Of a stretch of 64,000 bases of DNA, positions 1 to 11,726 are shown one piece after another. How positions within the stretch are numbered: position 1 is the stretch's first letter; every line of letters begins with the position of its first letter. The position numbers and the translations under genes are program-made. Under the pieces are notes generated by a model. The model ran no database searches. It was not told where the DNA came from and saw only the letters and a program-made list of their open reading frames with translations. This DNA comes from Babesia bigemina (Eukaryota): NCBI RefSeq assembly GCF_000981445.1, contig NC_027217.1, forward strand, positions 1,488,001-1,552,000. Direction: 5' to 3'.

Positions 1-344
1 CGCAGAATTTTTCTCAAACATTTGGCAACGTGCGAAGGGCATGAACAAAATACCAGCTGAACGTGAGGAGGCTTCAGACGCACATCCGTTTCATGGTGAC
101 TTTGAAGTACCGGAGGAGCAAGAATCTCTGCAAAGGTTAGTGTGCCTTTACTATTATCAGCATTTTACAGCGTATTGTCCGGAGGAGGTAAAACGCGCTG
201 CGAAGTCGGAAGCCCGGCCCACAAACGTGCGCTCACGCGCGGTTTCGCGCAATGGATCAACTCCCGAGGCTTCGATGACCTCTCTGTGAGCATGAATATA
301 TACACTCTGACCAGTAGATTCAGCGAACTATAGGCCAATCATAG
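1..344 (+). CDS. 3' end of an unknown spliced gene entering from the left edge
   Basis: Frame is open from base 2. Introns 136-170 (GTTAGT..ACAG) and 286-323 (GTGAGC..TCAG) join it to ...QSVLSGGGKTRCEV...FDDLS|RTIGQS*. No family recognised. Confidence 0.5.
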
Positions 345-917
345 AAATCGGTGATATTTACCTTCGTGGTATAATTAAATTTTTAAAAGCTATAAGTGCC
401 ATTCGGGTGCGTAGTATACCGTTATACGCCTCTTTTTCGGCTTGAATTTGCCACTGTTTGGCGCCGTTACTCACCTGTGTACTAGGTGGAACGTGTACAT
501 GTGCACCATTAGGTTGTGCTTCATGGAGATGCCGTAGCCTTGCTGCCGTATTTCTGTTCGATTCCGAAGTGGTATAACTGTGTCCGTGCCATTATATTCC
601 AAGCCGTTGCTCATTGGGCGCTCAGTAGCATCATGTCGCATAGATATCCGATCCCCCTATGTTTTAATACATGCCATAGACTCCAGGAGTCAGAATGTCT
701 ACTGAGTTATGGATCGCAGGTTCGTGTGAACTCGCTGTTCATGCAACAACATTGTGTGCACCCGTGCGCTTTTTGCGTAGCCATGACCCTGTTAGAAGCC
801 TGGTGTGGAGGTCACGTGTGCCATTGAATCGGCAGTGTTCGTCACATGTATGTGCAGGTTCCTTTGGCACTTGAGGCAACACTTCACATTATATATTTTT
901 AAAACGCTTTCGTCAAG

Positions 918-2756
918 ATGCAAGTCCTTTGGTTACTCCCCATTGTACACTTGGGCATCTGCTACGCCCAGCAACCGGAGCCCCAACTGCAAGGTGCAGC
1001 TGATGCACCCCCAGCAGTTGTACCCCCGCAAACCATACCTGAAGAACCCGCAAGTATAACTCTCGATGTGGCTGAACTGACTGCTATTCCAACCCCTGCA
1101 AACACACCCGCAAGCGAGGAACTATGCAGGGGCCACGTGAAAGCAGTTCATATGGTTCGTCTTCAGTCAATGATTATGCTATTCGAGATGAAACACACCC
1201 TCCTTAACAATTTGAGAAGTGAAATTGGTGATGGATTTATTTACCCGTTTACCAGTAGCCTTGAAAAAAACCAAAAAACGGCGATACAAGATCAAAGAAA
1301 AGATGTGGATGCCAAGTCTAAAACATACGCCAACGCAGGGCTTACGGAGCCAAATGGCACAAGTTACTACGCAAGCACAGAAGCCTTATATACAGCTTTG
1401 AACGCTGCTAATACCATGTTGGACAACATGCACATCAACAATGTGCTCTACATAAAGCAAGCCTGGGGAGAAAAGGACGCTTATGCCGCTATGAAGACGT
1501 TGATACAATTTGACATTCAACTATACGCAAAGAAGGTTGAATTAGCGTACAAAACGGTATCCGATAGCGTGAAGCTTCAGACCGACCCCGCGGAAAGCAA
1601 CGATGCTCGTTCAAACATTCTGAATGCACATAAAACAATCCGCAGTGCCGCCACTTATGTGTCAAGCGTCGGCAACGACGCCCAACAACTGCCGTTGTCG
1701 TTTGTTAAATATCTCGACGCCAAGAAAGTACATGATTCTGCTTTCTCCTATGCCAGAGGTATTGTAACTTCTGTCAACACGGCTTGTCAACGACATATGC
1801 CCACGGAGCGTCGCGATACCAATGTCGTGATCGGGGATATTACAGCCGCCAAGGACGCGAAAGAGTACATGCGGTTGGTGCCGAAGCGCGCTGTTGGTGA
1901 TGCTACAACGGTGCAAAGCTGGTTGAAGACCGCTGCATTTTTCCGCTACATTTATGCATTGGCCGTCATAAGGATGTCCAAAACGTGCCACACTCTGGTG
2001 GCATTTTTGGTCACCAAAGTGCCATCGTCCGATACGGAGGGATTCACCAACATGTACAATGCCATTCAGAGGGACGCTTTGGCCTACATCACTGCCATGT
2101 CCGCGTATGTCGCTGACGTTGCCAATGCTCAAATGAGCACCAATCACGACAGCGCTGCAGCAACCATGGTCACGTCAGCTGAAGAGTTTATTAAACAGTA
2201 CATGGAGACTGTCAAGACACTCGTATCTGCCCTGGGAGACAATGATAAGGTTGCCGGTGAAAATGAAGTTCTACGTGCGGACACTGAAATCCTGCGCACC
2301 GCAGTGGCATTCCTAGCGCGAATGATGCGCCTCTACAAAATGGATATGGTGGACGATCCCATGGTAATGGAGCCTGCACCCTACACCAGTACGATATCCA
2401 TGCTGGACAGAACCATTGCAATGGCTGATGGCACCAAAGAGTTCGTCGCCGCACGCATGGCAGCACCAGATGCGATGAAATCCACCATCCGCAGTATTAA
2501 CGTTCTGAAGGAGATGGTTAAGGATGCGTTCGACACAACAATGTCGCACAACGAAGTCTACCGGACATTCTATCCACAAGGTATAGACGATGCCGACCGC
2601 CACATGAAGATATTCAAAGACCTAGAAAGCATCACCAATGCACAGGTCTTTTTCGCCCTCAAACCTGAAGAAACAGAAGACAGTGGTAAGGAGAGCTCCG
2701 GTTTTGTGTTACCTGGTGCCCTCCTTGCAGCGGCTTCCGCCCTTATGATGCTCTAA
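918..2756 (+). CDS. GPI-anchored surface antigen-like protein, 612 aa
   Basis: Signal peptide MQVLWLLPIVHLGICYA, Pro/Ala-rich linker, helical body, and C-terminal SSGFVLPGALLAAASALMML typical of a GPI signal; single exon. Confidence 0.8.
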   Translation: MQVLWLLPIVHLGICYAQQPEPQLQGAADAPPAVVPPQTIPEEPASITLDVAELTAIPTPANTPASEELCRGHVKAVHMVRLQSMIMLFEMKHTLLNNLRSEIGDGFIYPFTSSLEKNQKTAIQDQRKDVDAKSKTYANAGLTEPNGTSYYASTEALYTALNAANTMLDNMHINNVLYIKQAWGEKDAYAAMKTLIQFDIQLYAKKVELAYKTVSDSVKLQTDPAESNDARSNILNAHKTIRSAATYVSSVGNDAQQLPLSFVKYLDAKKVHDSAFSYARGIVTSVNTACQRHMPTERRDTNVVIGDITAAKDAKEYMRLVPKRAVGDATTVQSWLKTAAFFRYIYALAVIRMSKTCHTLVAFLVTKVPSSDTEGFTNMYNAIQRDALAYITAMSAYVADVANAQMSTNHDSAAATMVTSAEEFIKQYMETVKTLVSALGDNDKVAGENEVLRADTEILRTAVAFLARMMRLYKMDMVDDPMVMEPAPYTSTISMLDRTIAMADGTKEFVAARMAAPDAMKSTIRSINVLKEMVKDAFDTTMSHNEVYRTFYPQGIDDADRHMKIFKDLESITNAQVFFALKPEETEDSGKESSGFVLPGALLAAASALMML

Positions 2757-4936
2757 GCATGCAACTTCAGTACTTTGAGTCCGCATCAGCTATACGACTA
2801 CGCTCTTCCGATATTATATGATTGAGCTGCATACTCCAGGTGCAACTCGTCGACAAGCAAGCAAGTATCTTTTGCTTGTTTGTCTCTTCATACATACCAT
2901 ATGGGACGAAATCCCAGGTAGCGTCGTTAAAATGCGATACGGGTTTTTATTCCGTTGATCACGGCAAAACTATATTATTATATCTGCTTAGATTCTAGCG
3001 TTTGGTCGATTTTCGTAGTCTGTCCTCGGGTTTCCCCCCTGCAGTCACTGTTAAGATTGCCGAGTTGCTTATGTTATATTTACGCGAAACTTACGCTTGG
3101 CTACGGCATGCGTTACTTTGGCCAACTGCTTCTAAATAGTGTAGCCTAGCCACGACGCTACATGGGGATGCCATGTGGCTTTGAGAGGTAGACTACGTGA
3201 ATTCGGTGCATCTAAAAATTACTAAAAATTTTGGGGATTGAAAGATTACAGACGTTACAGAGGAAATACATATTCTATCTCATTCGTAAGTGCTTGATCT
3301 AGCAGATAGCGCCTACAAACACAAGGATTGCTAAAAGGGAGAAAGCGGCGAGACTCCAACACTCCATCTTCGTCACAACATATTTAAAAACTCTCTGTGC
3401 CTCAATGAAAACGTACCTAAATCCAATAGTTGCTTATGGTGCGTAAAATATGTACGATGAGGGCATCCATATACGTAGCATGCGATCCTTTTTATAATGA
3501 GGTCAACAAAGAAGAATAACCCGCTAAGATTACATACGACAGACATCCAAAACGTAAGCATGCGTTAACTAACCACGTTTACTCTATGGCTAAGATGTTA
3601 GTACACCAAAGTACATAAAATTAAGGGGCACAGGGTTACATTATTAACCGCCACGTGTCATGCTGTGGTGTTCCAATATTAACTACGGTGGAGGGCCGAG
3701 CTACTTGCACCTACCTCCGATTTAACCGTAAATGCAAAGCACATGTGCGATAGGGTGGGTACAACGTCGAAAAATGGTTCAGCGTTAGGCATAGACTTGT
3801 CGATAAACACACCCATACACATCCTCCAGTTATATGCTGTGCCATCAACATATCATCCAGTCACCTGAGTGAGAAGTCAACACTTTTGTTAGCGCGATAG
3901 TTCCAAAAATCCGGTATGGAGAGCTAGTTGTTAGGCGTTGCAGTCAACTTTCACGGCTTATCCTGCCACCGACTCACGCCATTCTGGTGGCACTCATCAA
4001 ACAGGGCGCCGATTACGCAAAGATCATACCGACATCATCATTACATAAGCAGTTAGTAATATGACGATACAAGTGATCGCTGGAAGGGAGAGTTGAGCCC
4101 TAGTAGGTAGGCTAGTAGGGCAACCTAAACACATCCCTTATGCCATGCATTAGATTCCCAAATTGTGAGAGATACATAGACGTAAACATAAACAAATTGC
4201 TAGTGTGAATGCTCAACAAGCAATACAACGCATTATAAGTAACGCGTTATACATACGTTATTTGCGTCTTCATGTGCGATGGGGTAACGTGCTACCACTA
4301 ATTGCGCTTATCACGTAACTCCGTCACCGAGTATTGCTGGCAGTCACCAAATTTGGGCTGGAACGTCATTCATTAGCAACGTAGAATCCCTGTTGCGTGT
4401 CCGTCATATGGAATAGCGCCTTGAATCTCGTCTGTTGCTTGAACCCTTTCTCTTCAATATTCTTCGCCAGGTTTCCCGACGTATTCTTATTTCATGTCTG
4501 CACCGACACCGACTAGTCTCGGTAGTCAGTTCCGGTAAACACGAAGGTCATCGTATGGTTTGCAAACGCACCACTAATATGGCCACTAGGTCATGGTAGA
4601 TCGACATCAGTGTCCATGCTGCCATGATCAGCTTTTACTTGAGAAACATATAACATCCAAATTAATGACAGTATGGGGTATATAGTCATATGTGCGCTTT
4701 ATATTAATTAAATGTCGTCACCTGAGACGCTTAGGAAAATTCCTAGGGAATGATGTCCCCAGTTCAGTTGCTGCGGTCATTGTAGGGTTGTAGGTGCCCA
4801 CAATCAATTACCTATAATTATTTCATACATATGCCTAATTCACACATGTTACTTTCACTTCGAAATGCTTTGATTTTTAAAGAATATACAAAATAGGGTC
4901 TGAATTTGATTGTGCCAAGCAATGCCGTTTATCATA

Positions 4937-7819
4937 ATGGGCATATATCAGGTGAAAGTCGTCTTTACGTCATTCATAATGATATTGACTTCTGTTAGAC
5001 ATATAGACGCTTTGTTTTGTGATTTTGGTGGCCCAAGCAGTTCAATAAGGACAAATGCTCTGGTTGCGTGCCACTTAAACATGGAAATCTATAGCGTCGC
5101 AAGTGTGTCATGCCCACACCAAGTAGGAGACATGGAATATATTTGGCATCCTAGTCCAACCTTGGATGCGCCAGATCAAATGAATGCATACGTTAGTGGT
5201 TATGACGCTTTACGGTCTGTTGCCATTGCGAATATCCTGCACTCCGAATCCGATATTCAACCCATACTACTTGAATCTATTCGATCGCAAAATATTATAC
5301 ACGTTGACGTACCCAAATCTGAATTCATTGCCATTACAGAGCAGCGTCTGATATTCATTTGTGGGCCAAGACATATGGTTCTGAGTGATGCATTCCAGCG
5401 TCACCTAGACCGACTCGATGATGCTGTCGAAATTCAAACCTTCCATCGTCATTCATCTAGCCCATTGGGTCAGGATGTTGCCAACATGGGGTACGGCATG
5501 GGTGTTTTTTACCTGAACAGAGGACGTGCTCACCTACCCCTTCAAGGCTGCGGTAGCCGCCCTTCACCACTGTTCGCTGCGGATAATGAGGTGACGGTAG
5601 ATTCCAACACAGGCGTACGATCGTGCGTTGCCAATCCTATGTCAATATCGCCCATAGGATTTGTTTGCGAAGGTCGTATTCAACCTGAGGAATGCATGAG
5701 GTCCCTCTTTGATCAGAAGGGAGAAGTCGTGGCTACCCCTGAACCACACAAATATTGGAATTTTGATAACCATAGGCCTTGGGTGATCGCACAGTATTTT
5801 GATAAATTAGCATTGCCACCCATTAAAGGCGAATGCAGATGTATCGACCCAGAAACAGGCGATACAAAAGCCACAATAGTAGTCCGTTCAAAGACTGACT
5901 ACGTGTGTGACATCTCCAGCAAGATCTTCCGTGATCGTCACCGGTCTATCATTGGCCCGTGGTGTTCGGTTGTACTCCATCCTGGCAGCACTTTGACCAT
6001 AAAGGTGCCAACGCAGCCCGTAAAACCCATTCTTATGGGAGATTATTACGACAGAGATATCGATGAAGATGTTTCAGGTGTGCCATTTTCTCAACTGCCG
6101 TCCGCCTATGAATACGAAACCGAATTTCTGCCGAATAACTTGGCTACTCTGCGGCAACTGAAATCGATTCATGACATTGATGATTACAAGGAAACCATGT
6201 ACAGCACATCCCTTGCTGGTGATGCTCTTGAGTTGGATGTCTCCCTAATGAATAGAGGAGAGGTGACGCTGAAATACAATCAGGATAAACCTCTCACAAT
6301 GCGGTTGGGACCAAACTCGTTCTTGTTTCATTGGACTTTGATAGCAAGAAACAAAAATGTGCCAGATAAGATACGCGCGATCGTAAATGTGGCCTTGGCG
6401 TTCACGCATCATTACCAGGCTGTTGGTTGCGATCGTGGAAGCCAACGCCTGTTTGCTCCCTACGTTACCAAGAAGTATTGTGTAACGAAACGTTGGGGTA
6501 ATGGTATTGGAGAAACGTACGAGTGCACGTACAACAGAAAGCTGACCGTTTCGTGGGCTGGAATCCACTGCAGTCCCGATGAGGAGCTGTTGCCAGCAAA
6601 CTGTGACTCCACTGGATATGATCTCTACTCGAACAGTATTATAGGATTCCCTGTGTCAGTGCACCACGCTACCGCCATACGTATGCCAGGTTTTCAAATG
6701 TTAGGGTTTAAAAACCAAAATTCACCCGCCAGCTACGCCTGCGTCTGTGTTGACGCACGTGGCTACGAAAAGTCCAGGCTTATTTTGGAGTCAAGCAGCT
6801 CTGAGCAGCGTATGTACATAGTGAATCGTGAAGAGGCTATCGATAATTTCGTCTATCATATGTTGCTGCCTTGGCATGAAGCTGAATTATCAAGTGAGGA
6901 AACATCAGTCAAATATCTCGTGTTAAACTCCGTATCTCAGGAATCAGTTGTCCTCGGCGTAGGTAAAACGTTGTTCACACGCTGTACTATTGAACAAGGA
7001 GCTTACGAAGACGTAAATGGCGATAATATACGGCCGATGTGGTTGCCAGCGTCCTATAGAAATTCCCATTATACAATAAGGCAGACAGCAGCCGGGCCGG
7101 AGCTCGTTCTTGCATCACACAGAGATTCAATTACCACTACACCGGGTGGCTTCGAAGTCTTCCCAATGTTTTCATCACCAAGCAACTACGAGTTAGGCAT
7201 TAAATCGCATAAAGGTGCCGCTCTTATATCTAAAGATCCAGACAACACGAAATATGTGCCGATAACATTCGTATGCGGCAAAGTGCCTGAAACGTCTGAT
7301 GTATCCGTGGTCACCGGTGATGTGTTACCTTCAGGTGGATATGCTATGAGCAATAATCTTCACATTGGATCATCACAACGATATAAGTGGCACGTAGTTG
7401 AAGTTGCTGTCGAGACCACTGACCCTTACATGCAAGGGTGCGGTGTTACCTACGAGTCCGCTGAGTTGTTCAAGCCAGAGACAACCAAAATCCACGATGC
7501 GGACGGACAAGAAATGGGTTGCGAAATCGACATTGAGACTGCTAAAGAAGCCGCTTTCTACTGCCCCGCGCCGTACGTCCTGGACCCACCCAATTGCTTC
7601 GACCAGGTCTACGTCAATGGTGAAGTGAAGAACCTAACCGAAATAAGCAAGTCGCTGATTGCATCAGCATCCAATCACTTCGTTACCTTGCTATTCGACA
7701 GTGCTCGTATAGGACCCGGGGAGACCCTGCACCAGACCCCGCCGTTGGAGTGCCGGTGCGTCACCACCAAGGGTATCGTCCTATCCACCATCCAGATCGA
7801 GAACTACTACTCCAAGTAA
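4937..7819 (+). CDS. Secreted s48/45 six-cysteine-like multidomain protein (expanded Babesia family ending IENYYSK)
   Basis: Hydrophobic N-terminus from ATG 4937 (alternative ATG 4922). Three Cys modules begin QGCG/VGCD/QGCG; the last is GCG...GC...FYCPAPYVLDPPNCF...ECRC. No GPI or TM tail. A paralogous pseudogene lies at 61250-62109. Confidence 0.75.
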   Translation: MGIYQVKVVFTSFIMILTSVRHIDALFCDFGGPSSSIRTNALVACHLNMEIYSVASVSCPHQVGDMEYIWHPSPTLDAPDQMNAYVSGYDALRSVAIANILHSESDIQPILLESIRSQNIIHVDVPKSEFIAITEQRLIFICGPRHMVLSDAFQRHLDRLDDAVEIQTFHRHSSSPLGQDVANMGYGMGVFYLNRGRAHLPLQGCGSRPSPLFAADNEVTVDSNTGVRSCVANPMSISPIGFVCEGRIQPEECMRSLFDQKGEVVATPEPHKYWNFDNHRPWVIAQYFDKLALPPIKGECRCIDPETGDTKATIVVRSKTDYVCDISSKIFRDRHRSIIGPWCSVVLHPGSTLTIKVPTQPVKPILMGDYYDRDIDEDVSGVPFSQLPSAYEYETEFLPNNLATLRQLKSIHDIDDYKETMYSTSLAGDALELDVSLMNRGEVTLKYNQDKPLTMRLGPNSFLFHWTLIARNKNVPDKIRAIVNVALAFTHHYQAVGCDRGSQRLFAPYVTKKYCVTKRWGNGIGETYECTYNRKLTVSWAGIHCSPDEELLPANCDSTGYDLYSNSIIGFPVSVHHATAIRMPGFQMLGFKNQNSPASYACVCVDARGYEKSRLILESSSSEQRMYIVNREEAIDNFVYHMLLPWHEAELSSEETSVKYLVLNSVSQESVVLGVGKTLFTRCTIEQGAYEDVNGDNIRPMWLPASYRNSHYTIRQTAAGPELVLASHRDSITTTPGGFEVFPMFSSPSNYELGIKSHKGAALISKDPDNTKYVPITFVCGKVPETSDVSVVTGDVLPSGGYAMSNNLHIGSSQRYKWHVVEVAVETTDPYMQGCGVTYESAELFKPETTKIHDADGQEMGCEIDIETAKEAAFYCPAPYVLDPPNCFDQVYVNGEVKNLTEISKSLIASASNHFVTLLFDSARIGPGETLHQTPPLECRCVTTKGIVLSTIQIENYYSK

Positions 7820-9582
7820 CAAGTCGATAAAACTCGGTAACTCGTTCGTCAATCACAGACTTTAATTGTCACACTTCATGTTGGTAGATCTGCTGGTTTG
7901 AGTCTTCAGTGAGAGCATTGCTTTGGGTAGAGTGTTGCAATTGTAATTGCCAGTGGAAACCATATTCTTGTGTTGCTATAACTGTTTATTCTTGCATGAG
8001 TCCTCGTATGTCAATGCAATGTCGCATATCGTAATCACGTACAATTATACCATGGCATTTCATTTTGAACTGCCTTAATGGGGGAGATGAAATTTGCCCG
8101 TCTACACATATTCAAAGCAGTCGAAAGATTTGCAGTGCCATTAATACACAAATATGGATAACGCCAGATACATGTAACTATAGTTCAAAAGGTACAATGG
8201 TGTTATTGACAGACTGCATTGTCAGTGCCTGCCCACAGTAGACCATAGGTGGGAATTAAGACAAGTATGACTTCCTGCCCGTCATATCTTTACATCAAAT
8301 CTCATTGTACAATATTCAAGAATAGAGTGAATTAAAGTGAAGATTTCCAAGTGAGCCTTTCAAGGCGACACCGGGCCCACCCACAGCCTGCACCGTGATG
8401 GGCCGGGTGAGGGAGAAGTGCGAGGCTATCCACTAAGGGATATTACGCGTCATAAACATGTCAATATGGTCCGACTAAGGTAAATATCAAGCAACTTGGA
8501 AATACGCCCGACACCCCTTGGCTCAACAGGAGGCCCGACCTTTCGGGTGGGAACGTGAGACGTAGTGCCAGAATGCGCACTCGCGTATTAACATAATGAT
8601 GATATGAGAAATGAATCTAACAGATGGGACTATATGTTGTGGTTGAGATAACTCAGTAGTCAACTACATTGCAAAGCCCTTGGTTAGATAGAACAAGGTC
8701 ATTAGTACCTGGTGATGGATGAGCAACGTGCACCACTTTCGAAGATGTGAGCGAGGAGATTGTGGCTCGACGTCATATTAACCACGAATATTGCGATGGA
8801 TCATGATGCGCCCAAGGCCACAACATTAATAACATATACCCAGTACAGTAGGGGCGAAGGTCACGGCGTATTTATAATCTGATGGTGCCCATAGCTAGCG
8901 CAAAGCACATGGACGTGGCATCGTTGACGTTAAACCTGGTTACAGCAGTAACAATCGCCAATTAATGCGGATGGTAAACGGTTTGACCTCCCCACCCCGT
9001 GATTACAATGCAGTGAACCTGGATGGCCATCCATTTGGACACCTGACTCGGATTCTAAATGAAATAGTGGGTCATCGACCAAGTCGCTGTTTGTATGTGC
9101 GACTAAGGCGCGTGCTCTCATGGCGTATATGCTGTTATATGCCTGTAAGCTGCGAGGAGTCATGAACACGGAGCGGCTCATGCGGCATCATACGACACGC
9201 AATCCATCGTACGATTTCAATTGTTGATTGACCAGCGCAAACGCATCTAACCAACGTGAGATCAGTATGTGCTATTGCCGTCTGAAACATATATACTGCA
9301 ACGACATGCGTGCGGATACTGCATGCCAAGTCAATGGTACCAGCTAGGTTGCAGTGATGTAGCTTCGTTGTCATCTCTCCTCCTACTACCACCTATTTGG
9401 CACATCTAAAACCCCCTAATAATTCAATTTATCGCAGATTTACCAGGTGTTGGCACCGCTTTTGTTAGTTTTCCGTTAAGGCATTGCTGTTTGGAGGTCT
9501 GGCCTGTTTTGTAAATCAGCTGCAAATAGACGATAAGCGCACACTCGAATAAACTTCGTCTAATTCGGAGAACATTTACAAT

Positions 9583-10581
9583 ATGGTGTACACTTCGTTG
9601 ACTGAAGCCCCTCGTAATTTCAGGGAGGGTATTGACTGGTTAGTAGCTCTGAAGCGAAATGGTTTCGAGAATAATTTGAAGGCTATTAGTGATGCAGTTT
9701 ACAACTTTCTCGCAGACAAACCGGTTGGATCTGCCCAGTTGCCAGCTTTCCAAAATGTTAAACTCATTACAAAAGAGTTTATGGAACAAGAGGAGCTTAA
9801 AGACCATCTACCCGTAAAACTGATGCTGACGAGATTCAATAGGCCTAAGGATGAAAAAACCAATGTCTTTGCAATGGTGCTTAACGCTGCTGGCGATAGA
9901 GATGATACGCATATCGGGGAGAAGTGGCGTTTCAATGCTGAAAACATTGCACAGAACTTAACTAAAACTGTGAATGGCTGTGAGAAGTTCTTGGAAAATG
10001 TGAAAATCCCTAATCAGTACGAATCTGCTTACAGCTCAGAAGCGACGTGGGAAAAATCATGTTCCGAAAAGCCGGAAAATTGTGCAGCTGTCTTCGTGGG
10101 TATTGCGCCAATGTTGTACACTGGGTTGATGTCTTTGTTGTATGCGACCGATGCTGATGAATTTACGTTGTCTCCATTTAAGGCGAAGAAGAACTTAGGA
10201 GATCTATTGAACGCTTTGCGATACGTAAAGCCGGAATGTCGCACCGACATGAGTCGTTCAGACGTAGTCAACGCGCTGAACTGTGTGGAGCACCCTGCGT
10301 TTGAGACGCTTCACCAGCTATCCGAATTCTGGATTTTCCATGGATCGAACAATGATGGTGCTGTAGAGGGTATGGAAGCTGCAAAATCCGCAGGCGTTGA
10401 AGAAGTTATAGAACCCGTAAATGCTGCAGAACCTGTAAATGCCTTAAAAGCTGAGAAACCTGGGAAGCCAGAAAAATCGGGTAAATCTGGAAAGTCTGGC
10501 AAGTCTGGAAGATCCGGAAGATTAGGGAAGTCCGGAAAATCTGGAAAGTCTGGAAAATCGAAAAAATCTGGCAAAGCTTAA
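9583..10581 (+). CDS. Short variant erythrocyte surface antigen (ves)-like family protein
   Basis: N-terminal MVYTSLTEAPRNFREGIDWLVAL and YESAYSSEATWEKSC...CAAVFVGIAPMLY motifs of Babesia VESA-like proteins; paralogue at 22327-23087. Confidence 0.85.
   Translation: MVYTSLTEAPRNFREGIDWLVALKRNGFENNLKAISDAVYNFLADKPVGSAQLPAFQNVKLITKEFMEQEELKDHLPVKLMLTRFNRPKDEKTNVFAMVLNAAGDRDDTHIGEKWRFNAENIAQNLTKTVNGCEKFLENVKIPNQYESAYSSEATWEKSCSEKPENCAAVFVGIAPMLYTGLMSLLYATDADEFTLSPFKAKKNLGDLLNALRYVKPECRTDMSRSDVVNALNCVEHPAFETLHQLSEFWIFHGSNNDGAVEGMEAAKSAGVEEVIEPVNAAEPVNALKAEKPGKPEKSGKSGKSGKSGRSGRLGKSGKSGKSGKSKKSGKA
10474..10572 (+). repeat. Degenerate 9-nt tandem repeat encoding about 11 K-S-G triplets
   Basis: aaatcgggt/aaatctgga/aagtctggc... 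read directly from the sequence. Confidence 0.9.
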
Positions 10582-11726
10582 AATGTGGTTCATTAGTAAC
10601 ATTCTGACTCAGGTGCCAGAAGAATTGGCGTCTTTGAAACCTTCGAGCAATTTCAATTTTGAAATGTGCTTGCCGCAAGCTTTACGTTTACGCGCTTCAT
10701 CCACACTATAGCTGCCTTGTAAAGAGGGCGACTAGGTTTCTCGGCGTCTCTTGGATCGTATTCAGGACGCTAGTTAACGCTAACTTCTTTTGCATCACAC
10801 GCTTCAATTTTTGAACGAATGCTTTTTGTCTAGCGCATATACGCGATTTGTTTGCATCTGTGATTTCACATGAGAGATTCCGGCCGTTTTGGCGTATCTT
10901 GGTAGAATGGCAGTTGCGTAACTGCGGAACTCCTGTTCACTGCGAGGCTGTTAAGCTACAGCATATTGCATAACTTCTAAATTCGGCCTTGCGTTTTCAT
11001 TCTTGTGATCGTGGGTACTATTTATTTTCACATCAAACTTACAATCATGGCGGAGTTACATCTGTATTTTTCTGGGCATACCAAGTTTGACACGTTTTCT
11101 GCGAGATTCCGTGATGATGTGTTGCGAAAGCATTCCACATCTGGAAATTCGCGTAGGGTGATGGCCATCCAAGCATACTCTCATCTGTGGAGCATTACCG
11201 AGGTGATGGTCATTAACCCCTGCTATGCCTTACCATCAAAGACACAACCTAAATTCATATACAGGCAGCACTGTACTGCTACATCATTCACAATGCCGAT
11301 GAAAATGTGGTGCCACTCCTAATTAATCTGTGTCTCAAGTGTACAGTGATATGTTGCTGTGTCTGGCTGTCACCTTGTTTTTCTAATAAGCGACTGGTTC
11401 GTACGCTGCATGAATAGTCCTTAGGAACGTCGTCTGGCCCTTTGATACGTGGTGTGCTTAGAATGGGTCACTCACGTGCCATAGAAGCAGTAGTTTTTAG
11501 AATACTAATCGATTTTAACCAATGTGCTCCACCAGAAATCTATGGGTTTGATGGGCAACTTCCACTCGGAGATGAACTCATGATATTTAAACAGCATGCA
11601 CTCAATAGAGCAAACGATCACCTTACAACATGATTGGATTGCTACATACGCTGACGCTAGTGTACACCTCATTTATCGTGAAGTTGCATTGTGTGACATG
11701 GTATATGCCGGCAGCATACGCCTGGT

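Noticed and set aside
10311..10574. Antisense (PDF/PDL)n ORF
   Set aside because: It is simply the reverse complement of the KSG repeat.
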